Assembly (NCBI GenBank): GCA_018649885.1
Contig: JABIHA010000093.1
Span: forward strand, 1-37,382
Direction: 5' to 3'
From: Bacteriovoracaceae bacterium
GTDB taxonomy: Bacteria; Bdellovibrionota; Bacteriovoracia; Bacteriovoracales; Bacteriovoracaceae
DNA: 37,382 nt
The notes beneath the pieces were generated by a model that saw only the letters and a program-made list of their open reading frames with translations, had not been told where the DNA came from and did no database searches. Of the stretch, positions 36,127 to 37,382 are shown one piece after another; within the stretch, counting starts at the first letter, position 1; the number at the start of each line of letters is the position of its first letter. The translations under genes and the position numbers were made by a program.

Positions 36127-37137
36127 TTGGCCAATGAAAGGTCAATTGGGAGCAAACCAGTGGCCAACTATAGTGAGATATTTAAAGACGTCTTAAGGCA
36201 AGAATCGGAAGCGATCGCCAGGGCGATAACCAAAGTTGATGGTGTCAGCGTTGATAGTGTTGTTCCCTTATTAGAGGATTTAAAAAGAAATGGTGGCTGC
36301 CTTGTATTTTGTGGAGTCGGCAAGTCAGGCTTTGTGGCCAGAAAGCTCGCCTCAACATTTTCTTCCCTAGGTCTTGGATCATTCTTTTTGCATCCAGTAG
36401 AGGCCCTTCACGGAGACCTGGGTAGGGTTAGAAAGCAAGACGTAGTAGTGCTATTAAGCAAGTCTGGGACCACTGAAGAGGTTTTAAAGCTGCTTCCCTA
36501 TCTTCCTATGGGATCACAGCGCTTAATAGGCATGTTGGGCAATACCAGCTCTCCCATTGCTGAAAAATGTGACATTGTCTTTGATTGTAGTGTGGAAAAA
36601 GAGGCTTGTTTAAATGATCAAGCACCCACAACAAGCTCCACCGTGGCCATGGCCGTAGGTGATGGGCTTGCAGTTATTTTTGAAAAACTCGTAGGTTTGT
36701 CGAAAGAGGGATTTGCCATTTACCATCCAGGTGGAAGGCTAGGCAAAACTCTTCGTCTCAAAGTCGACTCCCTTATGATAAAAAAAGAAGATTGCGCTAT
36801 GGTTGGAAAAGACGCCAGCCTCCAAGATGCATTGATGGTTATGACCAAGCATCCCGTTTCACTTTGTGCAGTTGTTGATGAGAGTGAGAAATTACTGGGC
36901 ATAATTGTTGAAGGTGATGTCAGAAGGGCATTACTCGAAAATGAGAAAGGCCTAATGTGCAAAGTAAGCGAGATTATGAATAAAACCCCTGCAAAAATCC
37001 ACAGTAAGGATTTGGCCAGTGTTGCACTTGAAATGATGGAAAAAAGAAAAGGGGGCTGGAATGTCTTACCTGTTCTCGAAGAAGACGGCACTTTTGTTGG
37101 TGTTATTCGGCATCATGAGTTGTTTAAAGAGTTTTAG
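36127..37137 (+). CDS. kdsD: Arabinose-5-phosphate isomerase (KpsF/GutQ family)
   Basis: GVGKSG, HPVEALHGDLG, SKSGTTEE, APTTSST and HPGGRLG, plus a C-terminal CBS pair. Confidence 0.93.
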   Translation: MANERSIGSKPVANYSEIFKDVLRQESEAIARAITKVDGVSVDSVVPLLEDLKRNGGCLVFCGVGKSGFVARKLASTFSSLGLGSFFLHPVEALHGDLGRVRKQDVVVLLSKSGTTEEVLKLLPYLPMGSQRLIGMLGNTSSPIAEKCDIVFDCSVEKEACLNDQAPTTSSTVAMAVGDGLAVIFEKLVGLSKEGFAIYHPGGRLGKTLRLKVDSLMIKKEDCAMVGKDASLQDALMVMTKHPVSLCAVVDESEKLLGIIVEGDVRRALLENEKGLMCKVSEIMNKTPAKIHSKDLASVALEMMEKRKGGWNVLPVLEEDGTFVGVIRHHELFKEF

Positions 37138-37204
37138 AATATAAACCCTTTTCCCTGCCCTTCCCGTTGACCTTTCCCTTATACCTCGCCGTCGCTAATA
37201 AATA

Positions 37205-37267
37205 GTAAAGTATGTGTCGAGAATGGACCGAATGGACCGAATGGTCCATTCTCGACACATACTTTAC
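37205..37267. repeat. Perfect 25-bp inverted repeat with internal 9-bp tandem units
   Basis: GTAAAGTATGTGTCGAGAATGGACC (37205-37229) / GGTCCATTCTCGACACATACTTTAC (37243-37267), with spacer GAATGGACCGAAT. Confidence 0.95.
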
Positions 37268-37382
37268 ATTTTATTCTCGATACATGGTTTACACTTTTTA
37301 AGGTACTGCAAACAAAGGGGGTTGCATGCCTTGGAAGGAATCTTCGGTTATGAATGAAAGAATGAAATTCGTTATGAGAGCA
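37243..37382 (+). mobile_element. Left end of IS481-family insertion sequence (runs out of window)
   Basis: Two tandem end motifs, ATTCTCGACACATACTTTACA and ATTCTCGATACATGGTTTACA, precede the transposase start. Confidence 0.7.
37326..37382 (+). CDS. N-terminus of IS481-family transposase (partial)
   Basis: SD AAGGGGG then MPWKESSVMNERMKFVMRA, the MPWKE..VM.ER..FV start typical of IS481-family transposases. Only 19 codons visible. Confidence 0.75.
   Translation, partial: MPWKESSVMNERMKFVMRA

Noticed and set aside
37148..37180. Pyrimidine-rich TTCCC x3 tract after kdsD
   Set aside because: Too short and irregular to support a function.
37221..37247. GAATGGACC tandem units as a mini-CRISPR
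   Set aside because: The units are 9 bp with no spacers and no cas genes are present; explained by IS ends.

Overview
AT-rich, gene-dense bacterial chromosome segment. Gene content and style suggest a Bdellovibrionota predator of the Bacteriovoracaceae/Halobacteriovorax type; this is inference only. Most of the window is housekeeping: the 3' end of pepD, MATE, YihY, YggT, an FtsB-like gene, aspS, mutS, an lptC/A-lptB-rpoN-hpf cluster, two GNATs, an ilvC-like-panB-coaX-coaBC-panC-hflX operon, a class IV aminotransferase, yacG, suhB, a BamC-like lipoprotein and kdsD. It also holds a cobalamin riboswitch ahead of a BtuB-like receptor plus lipoprotein, and an IS481-like element starting at the right edge. 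The most interesting signals lie outside the ORF track. (1) A consensus sigma54 promoter heads a ~510-nt unit (about 4080-4588) carrying several A(N)GGA-loop hairpins around a small orphan ORF, a candidate CsrA/RsmA-sponge or dual-function RNA. (2) A 166-bp ERIC-like palindrome supplies a possible promoter for an unannotated 32-aa membrane peptide. (3) A terminated rod-like RNA structure follows hpf. (4) A divergent IlvC sits where a ketopantoate reductase is expected. (5) A metzincin-like protein lacks its zinc ligands. All calls come from reading motifs by eye; no searches were run.
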